Shown one piece after another: positions 61,936 to 64,000 of a stretch of 64,000 nt of DNA. Below the pieces are notes generated by a model, which saw nothing but the letters and a program-made list of their open reading frames with translations, made no database searches and was not told where the DNA came from. The number at the start of each line of letters is the position of its first letter. Position 1 is the stretch's first letter. The translations under genes and the position numbers were made by a program. Source of the stretch: Octopus vulgaris (taxonomy: Eukaryota); the NCBI GenBank assembly GCA_951406725.2, contig OX597822.1, positions 26,102,001 through 26,166,000 of the forward strand, in the 5' to 3' direction.

Positions 61936-61936
<1 letters not shown>

Positions 61937-62147
61937 CCTTTCATTTACTTTCTTGTCATGCGTTGCCAAGCTGGCTGATCAACAAAAAATCCAAAGCAAA
62001 ATTTTTTTTAAATCATTCAAAAAGAAACATAAGTATATTTGGAAGGCCCAGTAAAAGTGGCACTAATAATACTTGAACGCCTTGTTAATTCTTGACGACA
62101 ATTTTAGTGCGGCTGAAGACAATCCTTTTACATCTTCTTAGTTCAGT

Positions 62148-62672
62148 ATGATTGAAGAAGATAGCTTTACCGAAAAGAACGATTCCATCATAGATGATGC
62201 AATCTTCGAAGACGATGGTGAAATCATCGAAAATAAAGATATTAAAGAAGAAAGTCTCACCGATCTCCTAGATGATATAAGAAAAGTTCAAGAAAATTTG
62301 CCCGAAACGTTGACATCTGTTCAACAAACCTCCGAAATTGAAAAACCGGAGCCGAAGAAATTCGATAAGCGGAAAAGTTGTCGGCGGTTGTCTAAAGTAC
62401 ACAAGAATCCCTATATTCTGAAAACCGCTAAAAGTAGCACCGCAGATGAAAACCCTATTATGGAGGAATTGATCGATGATATAATTTTCGATTTCTGCGA
62501 CTGGGTTGAAGAAACGGTATCAGCTTTGGAAGAACATGAACGGAAATATATTATGACAACGCTGACTAGCTTTTTTGAACTGAAAGCCATACTAAGTACA
62601 GAACCAGAAAAATGTCAGCAGGCAAAATTTCGATGCCAAGTTCGTGCATTAATGAGATTGAAACGTTTTTGA
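62148..62672 (+). CDS. uncharacterised acidic protein, 174 aa (single-exon gene or terminal exon)
   Basis: Intact, non-repetitive ORF with protein-like composition. Pyrimidine-rich acceptor-like TTCTTAG/TTCAG just upstream. No transposon motifs recognised. Confidence 0.55.
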   Translation: MIEEDSFTEKNDSIIDDAIFEDDGEIIENKDIKEESLTDLLDDIRKVQENLPETLTSVQQTSEIEKPEPKKFDKRKSCRRLSKVHKNPYILKTAKSSTADENPIMEELIDDIIFDFCDWVEETVSALEEHERKYIMTTLTSFFELKAILSTEPEKCQQAKFRCQVRALMRLKRF

Positions 62673-63031
62673 AGTATTTTTCTTCAAACTCGGAGTTTAC
62701 TGTGCGTCAAGGTTACAAAAAATGTCTAATACAGTATATAATATATATTTATATACAGTAAAGAATGTAAACAACATAGCTTTGCTTCTTATTTTGCCTG
62801 ATTTATGAAGAGTGGATTGGATAATTTTATTTATTTATTTATTAGTTCTACCGTTATCTTTTTTATTTTTTACTTGCTTCAGTCATTGGACTGCGGCCGC
62901 GTTGAAGTGTGTGATCGAACAAATTGACCTAATACTTAGTTTTTTTTCTTTTTTTTTTTAAGTCTGTTTCTTATCCTCTCGATCTCTTTAGCTGAACTGC
63001 TAGATTACGCAGGCGTGATGAAACCATTGTG

Positions 63032-63466
63032 GGATCTTTTCGGTTTGAACGGCAGTTTTTTCTAGCGGTATCATATGAAATTGTCACCCATAATTATGAC
63101 CCTAGTATCGATCTATCGCATTTCAATCTGTTTTAGGGTTAGGGTTAGTTTGGGTTAGGGGTAGGGGTGGGGGAAGGGTATCTTTTTTTCTTCACAAATG
63201 TAAATCAACCCAATCTGTTTCTTAGACGAGGGACATATTCATACAGCACAGAATATTTTTTACCTCAATAGACGTCATTGATTGGTTGAAATTACAGAAA
63301 TTGAAGAAAAAACAACAACAAATATCTTACAAACTATAGAATTTTCTCAATAAAGCCAAGAGAAAAAGATGTTTTATAAACACATTCTACCAGTATACGA
63401 GGTTTAAAAGTGTTTTAGTTACGTGGAAATTATTTTTAAAAACTGCCGTTCAAACCGAAAAGATCC
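63032..63466. mobile_element. Merlin-like MITE, no TSD
   Basis: Same terminal repeats and body as 57941-58374. Confidence 0.88.
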
Positions 63467-64000
63467 TAATTATTTGTTGATTTTTATTTCCGTATTTCCA
63501 ACTTTATCATCAAAAGTAAAGGGGATTTACACATTTATTTTACTATATTTTTTAGCATGTCTCCTCAAAAATCATTTTAAAAATATATTTATGTTTCTGA
63601 GCTCGACATCTGGGCGTAATTTGTAAAAAAAAAAAAAAATGGAGGTGACAGAAATGCCGAAAATTGACGTATAAGCTCGTCTGTGGCTGTTTTTCAAATT
63701 ATATGTTTTGGATGAGTTTACTCGTCGCTCTCTGAAAAAGACAAATTGAGTGAAGACGAGTTAACCGTGTCTGCTGGGTAATGGGTTAAACAGTTGAGCG
63801 CTAAATCAACCAGAACCCTCATGTCATTTGTAGAGTACGTAACCCAGCTCTCGCCAAGCAAATCAAGGACAAAGCGTCAACAAGATTCAGCAGTCTCGCA
63901 TCTTGAAGATAGCTAATGGTCGAGCAATCACAGTTAAGTCGATCCCTATGTCTTAGTGTCTCTACAAGTGAGGGTTTAATAATTTATGTATGTAGTCACG

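Noticed and set aside
63640-64000. GC-richer segment with short inverted motifs
   Set aside because: Truncated by the window edge; no ORF or terminal repeat pair identifiable.

Overview
AT-rich, microsatellite- and SINE-dense animal genomic DNA. The repeat families and the (TA)n/(TATG)n/(TG)n load look like a coleoid cephalopod (Octopus-like); this is inferred from recognition, not from a search. The host genes are two tandem, minus-strand METTL24-like (Methyltransf_22/FkbM-type) paralogs, each with an N-terminal type II signal anchor. Copy B is complete: 6 coding exons, 51692->36827, 268 aa. Copy A has exons 1-4 in the window (26252->539) and runs off the left edge. One orphan ORF lies at 62148-62672 (+). 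The rest is transposon debris: Tx1/L1, RTE, CR1, R4/Dong and CRE LINEs, Penelope-like remnants, Helitrons, mariner, Tc1, piggyBac, Tigger- and Merlin-like MITEs, a copia relic and several SINE families. The most unusual structure is a 3.4 kb fold-back insertion (9207-12598) with a 12-bp target-site duplication (TSD). It has Penelope-like architecture and a hammerhead-like motif, and two different Tx1-like LINEs end at the same 20-bp site inside it. Most short ORFs in the track are microsatellite or SINE artefacts.
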